From: Eledone cirrhosa | Taxonomy: Eukaryota | Length of the DNA stretch: 64,000 nucleotides | NCBI GenBank assembly: GCA_964016885.1 | Contig: OZ024743.1 | Span: forward strand, 202,182,001 to 202,246,000 | Reading direction: 5' to 3' | Part shown: positions 12,820 through 28,767 of the stretch, in pieces | How the letters are laid out: each line of letters begins with the position of its first letter | How positions within the stretch are numbered: the first letter of the stretch is position 1 | Notes under the pieces: model-generated | The model's database searches: none | What the model was told of the DNA's origin: nothing | Seen by the model: only the letters and a program-made list of their open reading frames with translations | Position numbers and translations under genes: made by a program

Positions 12820-15800
12820 AAAATAGATCAATTGAGAGTTGGTTGTTTGAATGCGCGTGGCCTGGACTCAGCTTGGAAGCAAGCAAAGCTTCTAAGTGAC
12901 CTCAGGTCACGAAGTATAGATGTGATGGTTGTTTGCGAGAGTCGGATCAGCAGCGTGCGACAGCTGGCTCCCGCCTTCGATGACTTTGAGATGCACGCAT
13001 CTCTCAGTCAACCCGGAGGCGGGGGTGGGGTTGTCGTACTGCTGGATAAACGTCTGGCTCTCGACGTACAGATTGTTCACTCGGACCCGGGGGGTCGATT
13101 ACTGGTGCTGGACGTCGGAGGCGGTGAAGGCGGGGCTTTCAGACTGGTCGGTCTTTATGCCCCCTTCGGGGCTGAAAGAGCCGACTTCTTCCAGCGTCTG
13201 GAGACTTTTCTAGGAACGTCGCGTTCATTGCTTTTAGTGGGGGACTGGAATGGAATCCTAGATGCGCGTTGGGACTATGCAGGGGCATGTCCCGATAGAT
13301 TTCGACCTGGTCGATAGATTTCGACTAGATTTTCCAACTGTGCCAACCTGGAGCTGGGCAAACCGCAGTGGTCAATCTAGATCGTGCCTAGATAGGTTTT
13401 TGGTTAGGAGTCAGGATAGGGACGTATTTAGTTGTCCAGAATTGCTCATGGTTGGCTATTCAGATCACAAATTAGTGACCTGCGTGGTCAACCTCGATAG
13501 AACGCATAGACAGGGTCCCGGTTACTGGAAGATGAACTTGTCATTGCCGGCAAAGGAAGCTTACAGGAACCGGATTAATAGCTTAGTTAAGATGCGGTTG
13601 AGGGGAGCGATCGTCAACAGCAGGTGGTGGGTATCTCTAAAGAGAGAGATTAGAGTAAGTTAGATAGGTTACAGTAAGGAAATAGCAGCGAATAGAAATA
13701 GGAGGGAAAGGGAGTTGACAGATAAACTAGAAGAGGCAATTAGGAGCGGAGACGTGGCCAGAGTGTCAGCGTCGAGAACGGCGTTGAGCCAGTTCTTTGC
13801 CGCTAAGCACGAAGGCTGCGTTGTCCGAAGTAAAATACGTGCTTTAGGAAACGAGGGGACCAAAGCTGTTAGCTGGGCCCGCGTGACAGAAGGCAAGAGT
13901 GGGATTAAATCCACCATTCGGTCTTTGCGAGACCAGGATGGACGGGTGATCCTTGAACCTCAGCGGATGTGCGAGGCCTTTCAAAGGCACTTTGCTCGAC
14001 TGTTCGGAGGGGGCGGGGGGCCGGACGGGGATGTAGACTTCGGTCCATACCTCGACGGTGTACCTCGTCTTTCGAGCGGCAAAGCGGAGTGCTGCGAAAG
14101 GCCAATCACAGCCACTGAAATCGGGGAAGGGCTCAGCCAATGCAGCAGACGCAAATCTCCGGGTCTCGATGGTCTACCATACGAAATTTATTTAGCTATG
14201 CCGGTCTTGTTCTCCGAACTCCTCGATGCTGTCTATTGCAACTGGCAACAGAACGGGAGAATTCCCTGTTCTGTGACCAAGGGCGTAGTCACGCTAGTGG
14301 GGAAGGACGAGAGCAAGGGGGACGACTTAAGTAACTTTAGGCCCCTAACTCTGCTGAATGCGGTGCTAGCGGCGGCGGGCTTCGGACCCGTTTTCAGGGG
14401 CTGGATTTCTGCCATGCACAGTGGCAACCTCTGCTCCAGGGTTAAAGTAAACGGCTACCTCTCTAAGCCGTTTCAAATCACCCGGTCCATCAGGCAGGGG
14501 TGCCCCCTCTCCTCAATTCTGTACGTATTGGCTCTCGAGCCACTGCTGCTGAAGTTGGAGTTGCTGCGGGGCATATCCCTGGAATCGGGATTGCACAAAG
14601 CGGTCTCGGCCTATGCCGACGACGTAACAGTAATGGTGGCGGACGCCTCGGAAATCGGGGCGATCGCCACCCTGCTGGAGGAATACGAAAGGCTGACGGG
14701 GGCTAGGCTGAACCGGGACAAGTCAGTCGGTTTGCAACTCGTAACGTGGAGGGGCAAACCGATGCCGTTAGACCGTGTCGTCGGACGGTGGACGGAGGGT
14801 CCGGTGAAGCTGCTCGGGGGATGGTTCGGACCGGACCTCCAGGTGGAGAAGAATTGAGGCGAGGTGACTAGCAGGTGTTTGCGCTGACCCAGAAGTGGGC
14901 CAAGTGCAAACTATCACTGAAAGGTCGGGCGGAGGTGGCGAACGCTTACATAGCGTCCGTCATCTACTACCGCCTGACCGTCGTACTTGCCCTAAGGAAA
15001 CGCTCACCAACATGGAGCGCATGCTCTTCCAGTTCCGCTGGAAGAAGCGGCCTCCCATGGTGAGGAGATCCATCTGCTGCTAGCACCCTTCGAAAGGAGG
15101 GCTGGGTATGCCGTGGCTGTTGATGCGTTGGCACGCATTGAGACTACGGCATCTACAGGTATTCCTCACCGGTCAGCCGGTGTGGCCCCGTTTTTGAGGC
15201 GAGCCTTCCCACAGCTCGTCTCGCTCACCGAGCTGCAATCCTTGGTGAAGTAAAGACCGAGAAAACTGGGCAACTGGCACACCGAGTGTGCCCAGGCGCT
15301 CACGGCTCTCTGGTAAGCGGACCCGACTATCAGTGGAGAATCCACCTCGACATTCTATAGAGGGCTGGTGGCTAGCAGGAGCGACGACACCCTTGGAGAG
15401 TCGCTAGGCATGGAGGAGGACGAACTGGCCAGCCTGTTCGGTAGAACTTTCGGCCCGGGACCCATGGACAACTTCCAAAGGTCCCTAGCCTGACAGTGCT
15501 ACCGGGGGGCTCTGCCCGTTCGAGAAAAGCTCTACAGACACGGGCGCCCGGGCAGGGATCCCGCGAAAATGATCTGTCCCAGATGCATGCGCGACGAGGA
15601 AACCGTTGCGCACGCACTGGTACACTGCCTGGGCGTTGCCGATCTGTGGGGCTACTTCGAACGACTGCTGTCGCGTGTGGCGCCGATTCGATTGGCCGCC
15701 GAGTCTATGGTGAACATCAAGCCACCTCCTCCCTTCAGAAATGAAGCAGAGGCGGTCTTTCTGTGCGTAATAGCCATGATAAAAGAGGTTGTGTGGTGGA

Positions 15801-15991
15801 CGCGCCTGAAAGGTCTGAGGTCGGGTGACTTTCTCTCCGGCCAACACCAGGTTTACTTCTTCCGATACCACTTCGGAAGAAGGATCAGGATGGAGAGAGA
15901 AGTGCTTCGCCCCAGACAGTTTTATGAAAGGTGGGTGAAAGAAGCGAGAATGGCTCGTGTAAATGGGCCTTCTCTCTACATTGTTCTGTAG
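12820..15991 (+). pseudogene. Tx1 ORF2 (APE endonuclease plus reverse transcriptase), disrupted
   Basis: Fragments 12406-13317, 13262-13663, 13715-14857, 15569-15991; about 230-bp deletion at 14360 (LLN joined to AVL) removes RT motif A relative to 53335-53565. Confidence 0.9.
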
Positions 15992-16218
15992 GGGAAGAAG
16001 TGAAGAGGAAAGGGGGAGCGCCAACTCTCTAGGCTTCCCCCGCGAAAAGGGTTGCACACTTTTCGGGGGTATGTGCAATCCCAAACACGCCCCCTCCCTT
16101 TTGAGGACTTTTTATTATTATATTATTATTGTTATTCCTTTTTTCTTTACTCGATTTATGTAAACTCCCCCACTGTGTATTTGTCCCCTTCTTTTGTGCC
16201 CTCGTGGCAAATAATTAG

Positions 16219-16282
<64 letters not shown>

Positions 16283-16284
16283 AT

Positions 16285-16423
16285 AACGAAGGAATTGTTG
16301 TAAGGAACTAGATGGACCATAACGCACCAGAGTACTCAATACTTATAGTAGTAGAGCGGGTAATAGGAGAAAGTATGACCCCGACGGCAGAGCTCAAGCC
16401 GTTCCGACGGCTATTTATGGACT
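16285..16423 (-). mobile_element. 5'-truncated PLE family A 3' end
   Basis: Tail plus the 3' half of the hammerhead, within (TA)n. Confidence 0.8.
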
Positions 16424-16470
16424 GTTTGACATATATATATGTATATATATATACATATATTTATATATTA

Positions 16471-16808
16471 CTGTGGCTCCACTCGGCCATGAAAGACCAT
16501 GGTTTTGCACCTAGAATGCTTACCTCCGAGGCACAAGCCTGGGCAAGGTTTGTTTTTGTGGAAGACCAGCAGTCGCCCATGCATACCAGCCTCCCCTAAC
16601 CACGCCACCGATGTTGTCCAATAGAAAGCAATGACCGTTACAGCTTGGCGCCAATTACGTTGCAAATCATTTCCAAAGCTGAGTAAACTGGAGCAACGTG
16701 AAATAAAGTGTCTTGCTCAAGGACACATGCATCAACGGGTCCGAGAATCTACCTCACAACCTTTCAATTGCAAGCCCAATGCTCTGACCACTTAGCCATG
16801 CGCCTTCA
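16471..16808 (-). mobile_element. tRNA-derived SINE (second type)
   Basis: Minus strand GGCGCATGGCTAAGTGG (A box), degenerate B box, then GTGTCCTTGAGCAAGACACTTTATTTCAC core. Confidence 0.75.
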
Positions 16809-16939
16809 TTATATTTATACATACATACATACATATATATATATGCGAAAACTAACCAAACAGTAAGTGTGTTCTGTTATTAATTCGGGCAATATTATTA
16901 CACAAATATGACCCTCCCCAAGTATAACAATATATATAA

Positions 16940-17025
<86 letters not shown>

Positions 17026-17051
17026 ATATGTATATATATACATACATATAT

Positions 17052-19133
17052 AACGAAAGAAAAGTGGTGAGGAATCAGATGGACCATAACGCACCAAAGT
17101 ATTCAATACTTAGGGTAGTAGAGTGGGTAATAGGAACAAGTATGACTCCGACGGCAGAGCTCAAGCCGTTTCGACGGCTAATTCAGGACTAAATAAGAAG
17201 GTTTAGCCTGGTAAATAAATAGCCGAACTTCTCAGGGGGTAATTCCATATATGGGAAGATAGTAATTGTTAAAATAATTGGTCAAAGTTTGTTGTAAAGA
17301 CAGATGATTCTATCATGGCATTTAGTGGGAGGTATGGGTAGCTGAACTTGCCGGTAGAACAAAGAGGGAGTGGGGGAAACCTCGTCAAGCATTGAAAGTG
17401 AAATCTATACGGCAGATTCTAAGGATAGTGTATAGAAGGTTGAAAAAAGTGTACTGGTGAAGGGGAGGGGGGGGGGAGTTGAAAGAATAGGTAAATCGAA
17501 AGGGAATAAACAAAAAAGCCATTATAAAAATAAGGAAATAAATATATAAAAAACAATTTCTGGTTACTACTCCATCCCCACAATTACCAAATCTCTCATT
17601 TGTATTGCTAAGCTATAGAAAAGTTTAATAGGTCGAGAAAAATACCAAATACGAGATTGTAGCGAAATCATTTTATAAAGCCCTCTTTTTTCAGAGGGTC
17701 TAACACCACTGCTATAGTTAGTAGTAATCAGCCAATGCTCACTTACAATGACAGGTTAATAAGTTGAGGACAAACATACTAAAAGACTAATAAGAAATAT
17801 TAATTCAGAATACTAATACGTAAATACTAATACAAGAATACTAATGCAAAAATACCATTAAGAAATTTAGAAATCACGGAAATGGAGCAGCAACCAGAAA
17901 GAAAGCAATTATCTGTTTGCTGCTCCATTTCCGTGATTTCTATAAGCGTAATCGGCCAATTCTATCTTAAAATTAGGCGGGTGGGTGTACTGAGGCTACA
18001 GAGGGCCTATGGGCTGCATCGGGGTGGGCGAAAAGGTGAAAAACAAAAAAGAAAGACAAGGAAGGAGATCTGGGGTGGAAGGACTAAGAAGAGATGGGGG
18101 GAAGAAGGAAATATAGAGGGAAAAAAAAATAACAAAAGTTACGTCTACCTTTGTAAGCAGGGGTTAGCCCTTACAAAATCGGCAAGTGGGGTGTTTCAGT
18201 CCTTGTCTATCCCCCCCCCCCCCCCGGGTCATTATGGGGTTTGAGGGCGAGGTAAGTCCTACGCAATCTGTGTTTGCATGCAGTTACCAGTTCGTCTTTA
18301 TTGTTTAGGAGTTGGTACTTCTAAAAATATAGCAGATATGTTAGACCCCAGTAAATTGTTTTCTTTCTGGTTGCTGCTCCACTTCCGTGATTTCTAAATT
18401 TCTTAATGGTATTTCTGCATTAGTATTCTTGTATTAGTATTTACGTATTAGTATTCTGAATTAATATTTCGTATTAGTCTTTTAGTATGTTTGTCCTCAA
18501 CTTATTAACCTGTCATTGTAAGTGAGCATTGGCTGATTACTACTAACTATAGCAGTGGTGTTAGACCCTCTGAAAAAAGAGGGCTTTATAAAATTCTTTC
18601 GCTACGATCTCGTAATTAGTATTTTTCTCGACCTATTAAACTTTTCTATAGCTAAGCAATACAAATGAGAGATTTGGTGATTGTGGAAATGGAGTAGTAA
18701 CCAGAAATTGTTTTTTATATATTTATTTCCTCATTTTTATAATGGCTTTTTTGTTTATTCCCTTTCGATTTACCTATTCTTTCAACCCCCCCCCCTCCCC
18801 TTCTCCAGTACACTTTTTTCAACCGTCTATACACTATCCTTAGAATCTGCTGTATAGATTTCACTTTCAACGCTTGACGAGGTTTCCCCCACTCCTTCTT
18901 TGTTCTACCGGCAAGTTCAGCTACCCATACCTCCCACTAAATGCCATGATAGAATCATCAGTCTTTACAACAAACTTTTGACCAATCTATTTGACAATTA
19001 CTATCTTTCCATATATGGAATTACCCCCTGAGAAATTCGGCTATTTATTTACCAGGCTAAAAATTCTTATTTAGTCCAGAATTAGCCGTCGAAACGGCTT
19101 GAGCTCTGCCGCCGGGGTCATACTTGTTCCTAT

Positions 19134-19136
<3 letters not shown>
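17052..19136 (-). mobile_element. Fold-back PLE family A retaining the last codons of the ORF
   Basis: 17127-17910 is the inverse of 18355-19136; 18220-18320 minus encodes LLNNKDELVTACKHRLRRTYLALKPHNDPGG; tail on the left arm only. Confidence 0.88.
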
Positions 19137-19166
<30 letters not shown>

Positions 19167-19283
19167 TAATAAGAGGAATTCCAACTTTGTCTGATTTACT
19201 CGTTTTATTTACAATCCTTTAAAATATATATAATGGTATTATAATGAAATAGTATGATAGAATATTAAATTCTAAGTGTTAAT

Positions 19284-19322
19284 TGAACAAGTACTTTCAT
19301 GCTTTCGCAATCTTCAGGTTCA
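19284..19322 (-). ncRNA. 39-nt minimal hammerhead, family F
   Basis: Minus strand TGAAC-CTGAAGA-TTGC-GAAA-GCAT-GAAA-GTAC-TT-GTTCA; GNRA loop II; palindromic AAGTACTT in place of stem III. Confidence 0.8.
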
Positions 19323-19648
19323 TGATATGTGGTGACAGTCGAGTTTGCAATTTTCAACTGTAATGAGATGGGTAAATTTCCTACCTTTTATACATTTTAT
19401 ACAGAGAAAAGTGGCTCCAGAATGCAAAGCCCTGTAAACTGTATTTCGACCAATCAGTGTGTAGTTTCACTGAATTACTACAGCTGATTGGTTTAAGCGT
19501 CACGGCTGGTTGAGCATGCTAACGACCAATAGTCATATCCAACGTATCAATTGTTTTGCTTTTTTGAAATGATGAAAATAGCATTTTCTATTAATCATCA
19601 CCATCAACATCACTTTTATTATTATTATTATTATTAATAAATATATAC

Positions 19649-20258
<610 letters not shown>

Positions 20259-20765
20259 TATATATTTATTTATTAATATTTTTTTATTTTGTGTATCTGT
20301 ATTTGTATGTAATTGCACATCTCGTGTATTTGTTTATTTTTATTTGTTTTTATTGCCACCCCCCACCCCCCTCTCTTATCGTTGTCAACGCGCATCCTCT
20401 GTCCATTTTATTTTATTTTATTTTTGACTTTGGATATTTTTTGTTCTTATTCATTTATTTATGTTTTCTTATTACTTCATGTATATATATGTGTATGTAT
20501 TTTGTCCATGTCGGTTGATACATATACGCTTATGTGACAACTTATGTCAACGTACTTTTTAAGTATATGCGCGTGGTTGTTGAGTGTGTATGTGTTTGTT
20601 ACTTTATTTATTTTATATATATATATATATAATATATATTTATATATATATATATATATATATTTCTTTTTTCCCTTCTTCTTCGCCCGTTGTTTCCTCA
20701 GCCTCACTTTCATGTTTCTTATATTTTGTTTTCAAACCCATATTTAATAAAAACACCATGTTTTA

Positions 20766-20823
20766 TTCATTCTGACGACTGAAAACAGATATATCTGCTT
20801 TCAAGAAACTACTGGTAAATGAA
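20766..20823 (+). ncRNA. Type I hammerhead ribozyme, family G
   Basis: TTCATT-CTGACGA-CTGAAAACAGATATATCTGCTTTCAA-GAAA-CTACTGG-TA-AATGAA; tail to about 20917. Confidence 0.78.
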
Positions 20824-20914
20824 ATAATTATCTTATGTTGTTTATTACATAACTAATAAGCTCTGTAACTTAGATAGAGCACTCTTTTTTCCTGTACCTT
20901 TTCGACGGAATTAC

Positions 20915-20991
<77 letters not shown>

Positions 20992-21664
20992 GTGTGTATA
21001 TATATATATATGTATGTATGTAATTGGTGTTGGATGCTTAAAGCGTCCGTATGCGGTAGGCCGTATGAGCACTCAATGCCCTCGTAGAGCAGAATATGAT
21101 ATCACAGAAAAGATAGGAAAATCGAGACGTATCTGACGACCGTGTTGATTTCAGTGATCACCATATCGATCGTGCCTAGAGCTGGTCGCCCGAGAAACAT
21201 TTCTAATATGTCCAATAAACTCCTTTCGTCGCCACACTGATTCTCTTTGTTCTGTGATATTTATGTATGTATGTATATACAAATATATAGCTGATTTAAC
21301 AACATCTGTAAGCTTTCCTTTCGACAAAAGTTAATTAAGCATAACGTACTCGTACATCACATATATTTTATATAAATGTTTCCTTGATATACATTAATGT
21401 ACTTTAAAATCATAAAGAACGAACTGGAAAATTGCTTGTTCTATAATTCGCGAATTTACTTGCAATATCACTTCCTATAGATGCTTTGGAATAGTGAACA
21501 CATTAACCCCTGACGTCTCGCATTACATTGTGTTCAAATGTTGTATCAAAGGAAATGTTTGACGTAATCTTGCGAACGAATTTATCAAATAGAAACTTCG
21601 CACTTCCTGTAAATGATACACACTGGCAACCACTGTTGTAGCTGTATGGCTGCATCACTCATTT

Positions 21665-21790
21665 CATTATCATTATCATCATACTATCGTCATCATCATC
21701 ATTATCATCATCATCATTATTATCACAACCATCATCATCATCGTCATCATCATCGTCATCGTCATCATCATCATCACTATCTTCATCATC
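21665..21790. repeat. (CAT)n microsatellite
   Basis: Imperfect CAT/CGT/TAT triplet array. Confidence 0.9.
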
Positions 21791-22138
21791 CTTATACCAC
21801 TAAACCAACCATGAAATCTAGTCATGTAAAAGTTATTCATGTAATATAGACTATATATATACATATATACAGGCATGCACATATAACATGTGTGCAGATT
21901 TATGGTCGCTATACTGGTAGGTTTGGGGTATTGTTTGCATGATGTACTTGATTTTTAATTTATATCTTGCGGCATACGTGTTTTAAGAATAGGTTTGATT
22001 GTAAGATTGTGGAGTGAGGTTGCTTGATTTCGTAGAAAGCAAAGATAGCTTTTGTGTAGATTTGCTTATATTCAAGCTAAGACAATTGACGTCCATGTAT
22101 ATCAATGTGCGTGTATATAAATATATACATTGATATAC

Positions 22139-22170
<32 letters not shown>

Positions 22171-22256
22171 GTACATATATATATATACATATATACATAC
22201 ACATACATACACACAGACACACGCACATATATATATATATGTGTTTGTGTGTATGC

Positions 22257-22295
<39 letters not shown>

Positions 22296-22849
22296 TGTGT
22301 ACATATATATATGTTTATCGCCACACTGGCTAAACATAAAATTTATTGTGCAACTGCAACACTCTCTACTGCCAACTAAAATCCTTAAATGCCTTCTTTG
22401 AATCGAGTAAAATTTCCTTCTAAACAGCATTTAATTAATTCGTAGTGATGCATTTTCCGACAATAGCAATAAAATGGATGGCATTAAAATGTTAAGTGAT
22501 CGTGAGTAAACATTTATATTCGTATGAGGGATTGTGTCTAATATATTGACCATTTTATTAAAAGATTCTTGCACGAAGTATGCCCTGGTTAGTGATAATA
22601 TATTTGCGTTAGGATGCATACAAACTACATTTTCTTTATGTTTCGTTTGACCTTCATCGTAATTTAGAAGATGGCCAGGAGTCTTTTCTAAAATAAGTAA
22701 ATGTTTGGATTATAGATGTGTAATTACGATGCTTTCAACAAAGAAAGGTACTGAAACAAAACATAAAGCCGCTTGGTTTAACATTGAGATGATTGACCAA
22801 AATTGCATGGGACGCTCATCAGTGAAACTTTGAAATCAGAAGATATCAA

Positions 22850-22911
22850 GCGGGCGTAAAATCAGAGCTATACACACACACACACACGCCCCCCCCCCCA
22901 CAGAGTCACTC

Positions 22912-23006
<95 letters not shown>

Positions 23007-23067
23007 TATATATATGCGCGCGTGTGTGTGTGTGTGTGTGTGTGTATAGCTCTGATTTTACGCCCGC

Positions 23068-23068
<1 letters not shown>
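22850..23068. repeat. Short inverted repeat enclosing (TA)n
   Basis: GCGGGCGTAAAATCAGAGCTATACAC.. versus ..GTGTATAGCTCTGATTTTACGCCCGC. Confidence 0.85.
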
Positions 23069-23160
<92 letters not shown>

Positions 23161-23240
23161 GTGTATCTATACATATGTGAGAATGTACAATTACATGTAT
23201 GAGAATATCTCAACGTAAAATAACAAGTATATTACATTAC

Positions 23241-23298
<58 letters not shown>

Positions 23299-25539
23299 TG
23301 GATGGATATATAAATAGATAGTATGTGAGGGCGTGTGTATGAATGCATGCGTGTTTGTATAGAAATGAATGGAATCCTTTATTGATCTCAGATAATGATG
23401 CAATTACTGTGAGATACATAGATGTCTAGACTACATATCAAATAGTATATTTAAAGGAAATTATATACCAGTTAGAAAATGGTTTCTGGTAAACAATTTG
23501 ATGTTAAATCTATCACTCTTTCTCCAATATTCATATGCATATATCTAGTTTAATGCTTTTAACTAACGAATATAGAAAATCCGTAGTAGATGATTATACA
23601 GATGTTTATTAGAAGGTTTTGCGTTCAGAAGACCTTTTGGTATTTGAATATTAATGTTCAAAATAGTGCATATAATATCGTTGATAATAAACGATGTAAA
23701 AACTACATCCATACTATATATATATTATAACATATATACACAAATACATACATGCATACAAACATTCATTCATTTATACATTTTCATCTCCAAGATGGTT
23801 TAATGAATGCACATTGCTTTGACTCTAAAATTCTTTTTTACAAAGAATCAGTGTTTCATCATATACATATCTAATTACATATTACATATGTTTCACTGTC
23901 GATCAGCTCAAGGAACGATCTATTAATTATCGAACCTGATTCTGGAAGCTCCTCAGATATGTTTTAACATGTAGACTTGTAGTTCTGCTTTAGGTCTATA
24001 CAGTGAAGTGTATATTTAATCATTAGTATTTTACCAGTATATTTAAAATAAATATTTCTTGACCTCTGCAACCACTAACGTGTACAATATAGTCGCTGTT
24101 TTACAAAGTTTATTTTGACTTCAATCTTAAATAATTTTGAGGGCGAAATGAATTGGCTATTGGCATAAAGTAAGTTATGGTGACGCAATATATAACTGCA
24201 GATTTCTCGTTATGCTAATCACAGCTATATCGAATATAACATCTGTCTACTCACCATACTCAAAAGCATCTTCTTATTAAACCAGGAACCAAAATGGACC
24301 CAACAACGGGGTCACTTAGCCTGCAAGAAAGTGCAACCAAATCTGCAACATATCACACCGAACAGTAATTTTCTTACGAGTTATTAATCATGTACAGTTG
24401 CGATTTAATGGTAAAGAGAAATGTGATTCAACCTTCCAAGTTTTCTTTAACTTCATTGAACTGAATATGATAAGGACTTATTTAGATAATAAATCTAACT
24501 TTATAAATATATTTTCAAATAATGATGCATTTGACCAAATTGAAATTGTTGGACCTCAAACAGGGGTTTATTATAATGCAATGATTTAAAATGATTTTCC
24601 ATAAACATAAGAAGTGGCAAATTTCATAACATTTGACATTCCTGTGATGAAGAGAGTTATACTGTATTGCATTGTATTTGTCACAAGAGAAATATATTTA
24701 TATTACAGAAAATGAATTAATATCAACAATAATCACAATAATGATAACAATAATTTCTTACGTTAGCAGGAATTCTCTTAAACCTTACACTTGAAAGCAA
24801 AATTTTTATGTACAGTGGGGTTTATATTCAAATGAATCGATTTCATTATATAACTGCTACATATTTTATCGATTTCTAGCTCGGAAGACTGTTGTGCTTA
24901 GTTATAAAATTAGGCAACAAATATATAATTATGTACTATAACTGCAACAACAAAGAAGTCTGCGTTTTTAGACAGCATTGAGTTACATTCCTAGCTCAAT
25001 TATTTACGTTAAATCTATCATCCAAGCCGCCATTAAACTCTCCATTTAAGCTTCATAGTGCAGCAAATCTAGTCTTTATGTTTTTCAAATGGCAGAATAT
25101 GAAATGACATTTTCAATGTACTAATTGTCTTATGAAACTTACATTAAATACTACAGAATATCTTCAATAACAGTGAATAGATATAGGCATTTAAGAATAT
25201 AAGCGTATGTGTCGTCACGAAATCGCTATTTCAGTTGTGTATTTTGAAACCGAACCGTATGAGGTTCGCATCAAACGAGCCTGTAACTGGCCCCAGAAGC
25301 CATTATAAATAGCAATAATTACATCTTAACGCTTTATAAGAAGGAAAATAGGTTAGATAACGTAGTCATTGGTAAGCAATATTTGAAATAAAAATGACAT
25401 ATTATCATAGCTCGAATTCCTCTAAATTTAGATCTGCATAATGAAAGTTGTCTGGAAGTTAAGCAACAAAAACAACCAAAACAACAACCAATTCCTCACA
25501 AAAACAAAAAGAGGTCCTTCTGCGATTCGCTCAAGATAT

Positions 25540-26330
25540 TGGCAACTGTGTTACAACAGTGACCTTTGAACTGTATAGGGCGGGTGCGGAAGCGATACAA
25601 TGTTGTTTTGGGGGTGAAACTCACGAGTGAGGAGAGCTCGGTGACAGAATCCAGTTTTTAACGCTACACAGATCCGGTCACTTTCGCCGAACGTCCTCCC
25701 ACAAACGCCTCAAAACGTTGCAGCAGAATTCTCGATTGACGGTCTGGCCCTACGGGACGTATTCTCCATGTTCAATACTGCGTATGTCGAAATAAAAACG
25801 CTCGTCATCTTCCAGAGATGTTCTTCCGGGTTTGAAGCGACACTGCCACTCGAAACATTGCATCCGACCCATTGCCTCGTCGCCGTAAGCTTGCCGAAGC
25901 ATGCTCACTGTCTCTGTTTCAGACTTCTCAAGTTAAACCCAACATTTCACGTTAGCTCTTTTTGTTCCAACTTCATGACAAAGATGCAGGCTACAGCATA
26001 CAAGTCATCACGGAGACACAAATTTCACAACTTGCGAAGTGAACACAACAATGTCACTCTGTATACTGGCGCATATATGTTACTGATAGCTCTCAACGTG
26101 CGCGCAACCGTGTGTTGCCATCTGTTGGTGCGTTACAGAACTACTCCGGAAATGTTTTGATCCCATCTCATACAAAAGCCGATGTGAATACCAAGAATGC
26201 GTAGTTGGTCGTTGTTAGTATCTGGCGGAAATCTCTCATTTTGTGGTATTTCATTCTTGAACAATGTTATTGTATCTATCTCTTCTGTCATTTTCATCCC
26301 CTGTGATTCTCCCATCATGTTTAGATAACT
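25540..26330 (-). pseudogene. Old degenerate L1/Tx1-like ORF2 fragment
   Basis: QLRILGIHIG resembles PVKLLGVWFG of the Tx1 RTs in this window; raised GC; boundaries approximate. Confidence 0.4.
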
Positions 26331-26671
26331 TCATTCGCTCATTTAGACATACACAGAGTGTGAGACACAAAACCACATTCACGCATACATATAGATATAC
26401 TCTAACTCAGAATCACACATATGCACAGAGACACACAATTTCACATTCACATGTACAAATAATATTAACTGTAAATTTATACTAACTCGAAATCTTATCG
26501 TAATTTAGCACAGTCTTAACAACATTCATACCGTTGAATAACTATTATCTTCATATATTCACATATTTACACACACACACACACATATACACACATACAC
26601 ACACACACACACACACATATATACACACACACACACACACATACACACACACACACACACACGCACGCACG

Positions 26672-26746
<75 letters not shown>

Positions 26747-27052
26747 ACATATATATATGTATATATACCAACCTTGCGCGTGCTTATAGATTTTTCCAAC
26801 ACATGACTAGGGACAGTAAGAAAGTCAAATCGTTCGTTTGTTTTATGTAAGACTATTTCAGCCCCGCATCTGAAAAAGGGTATTAGCCCTGAAATATGCC
26901 TTAATAAATTGGGTAAAACATTACATTACTTTGTTTTGTTTCATTTACCAACATTTGTCCTTCACATTTTCTACTGCATTTTACCGGCTTTAAAACAAAA
27001 TCTTATCAATCATTGATTACATATCTCACTATGCTTCGTATTAACTACTCTA

Positions 27053-27192
<140 letters not shown>

Positions 27193-27394
27193 ATATATAT
27201 ATATATATATATATGTAAGTATGTATGTATACGTACATACATATATGTATACAGACGTACAGTAGCATGCATATATATATATATATATATACATACAGGT
27301 ACACATACATATATGTACGCATCATACATACTTACATTTAAGTAAGTGCCGTACTAAGAGTGAGAAATGAAATTTCGTTTTCATTTTATTACAA

Positions 27395-27494
<100 letters not shown>

Positions 27495-27506
27495 TTAATA
27501 TAGATG

Positions 27507-27557
27507 AGATTCTACAGGACTAGAACTGTTTCATTCATTAGAAATCATCAGGAATCT
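27507..27557 (-). ncRNA. Type I hammerhead ribozyme, family B (inverted arm)
   Basis: Reverse complement of 35039-35089. Confidence 0.82.
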
Positions 27558-28046
27558 GGGTATCAAAAAATAAAAATGGTATTTATAGGTCTCTACAAGT
27601 GGTAGGAGAGGGTGGGGAGTGGGATGGGTGCAGGTCATTGGTTGATAGAGAAGGGAATTCATTAAAAGCTAATTCTACAAAGCTATAGTTTATTTTTATT
27701 TATTTATGTTTTTAGAGTAACAAGGGCAGACAGAATTCTATAAACAGGTTCCGGATGGCATACCATTCCTTGTCATTAAGTTTCTCTTAAGCTAACAGAT
27801 GTCTATAAAATCAGTGGGGGGTCAGTCCAAAAACGACCTCCCCCTATTGGCCCCTATACCTCCTCCCCACCCTACCACCACCCCTCCTCAACCTGAAATA
27901 AAGCCACTATGGTTATGTGAGTACCTCTTTCGTATCTACATTTTCTGCCTGTAGAGGTGTCTTTATGTGCCTGCGTATATGCGTATATTTATTGAGTACC
28001 TATTTATTTGTATGTGTATATATTTGTTTGTATGTGTGTATATGTA

Positions 28047-28104
<58 letters not shown>

Positions 28105-28152
28105 TGTGTATGTATGTATGTACGTTTGTGTATGTATGTGTATGTATGTGTA

Positions 28153-28200
<48 letters not shown>

Positions 28201-28223
28201 CGTGTATGTGTGTATGTGTGTGC

Positions 28224-28269
<46 letters not shown>

Positions 28270-28446
28270 GTGTGGGCAGGTGTGTATATATATATATATG
28301 TGTGTGTGTATTTGTATATATATATATATATGTATATATATGTATATATATATATATGTATCTATATATATATATGTGTATATATATATATATGTGTGTA
28401 TATATGTATATATATATATATATGTGTATATGTATATGTGTATATA

Positions 28447-28502
<56 letters not shown>

Positions 28503-28577
28503 CGTGAGAGAGAGTGCGTATATATATTTGTGTGTGTGTGCGTGTATGTGTGTATGCGCGTGTGTGTATATATATAC

Positions 28578-28631
<54 letters not shown>

Positions 28632-28718
28632 GTGTGTATATATGCGTTATATGTCTGTATATATATGTGTATATTTATGTATAGGTCTGTGTATGTATGT
28701 GTATGTTTGTATATATAT

Positions 28719-28757
<39 letters not shown>

Positions 28758-28767
28758 AACCAGTAAG

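Larger units (their letters stand above)
10618..16221 (+). mobile_element. Near-full-length L1/Tx1-clade non-LTR retrotransposon, degenerate
   Basis: ORF1 with CCHC knuckle (CYSCTERGHVKANC, about 11814-11855); ORF2 APE motifs (LNARGL, GDWN, DRF, SDH), RT motifs (QGCPLS, YADD) and C-terminal CPRC...HALVHC; colinear with 49624-55385; flanked by (TATC)4 and (TC)n. Confidence 0.92.

Noticed and set aside
21079-21260. CTGACGA...GAAAC within short inverted ends
   Set aside because: Stems I and III do not form; inverted ends are only about 11 bp.
26866-26900. CTGAAAAAGGG..CCCTGAAATATGC hammerhead-like string
   Set aside because: Lacks G8 and a proper stem III and cleavage triplet.
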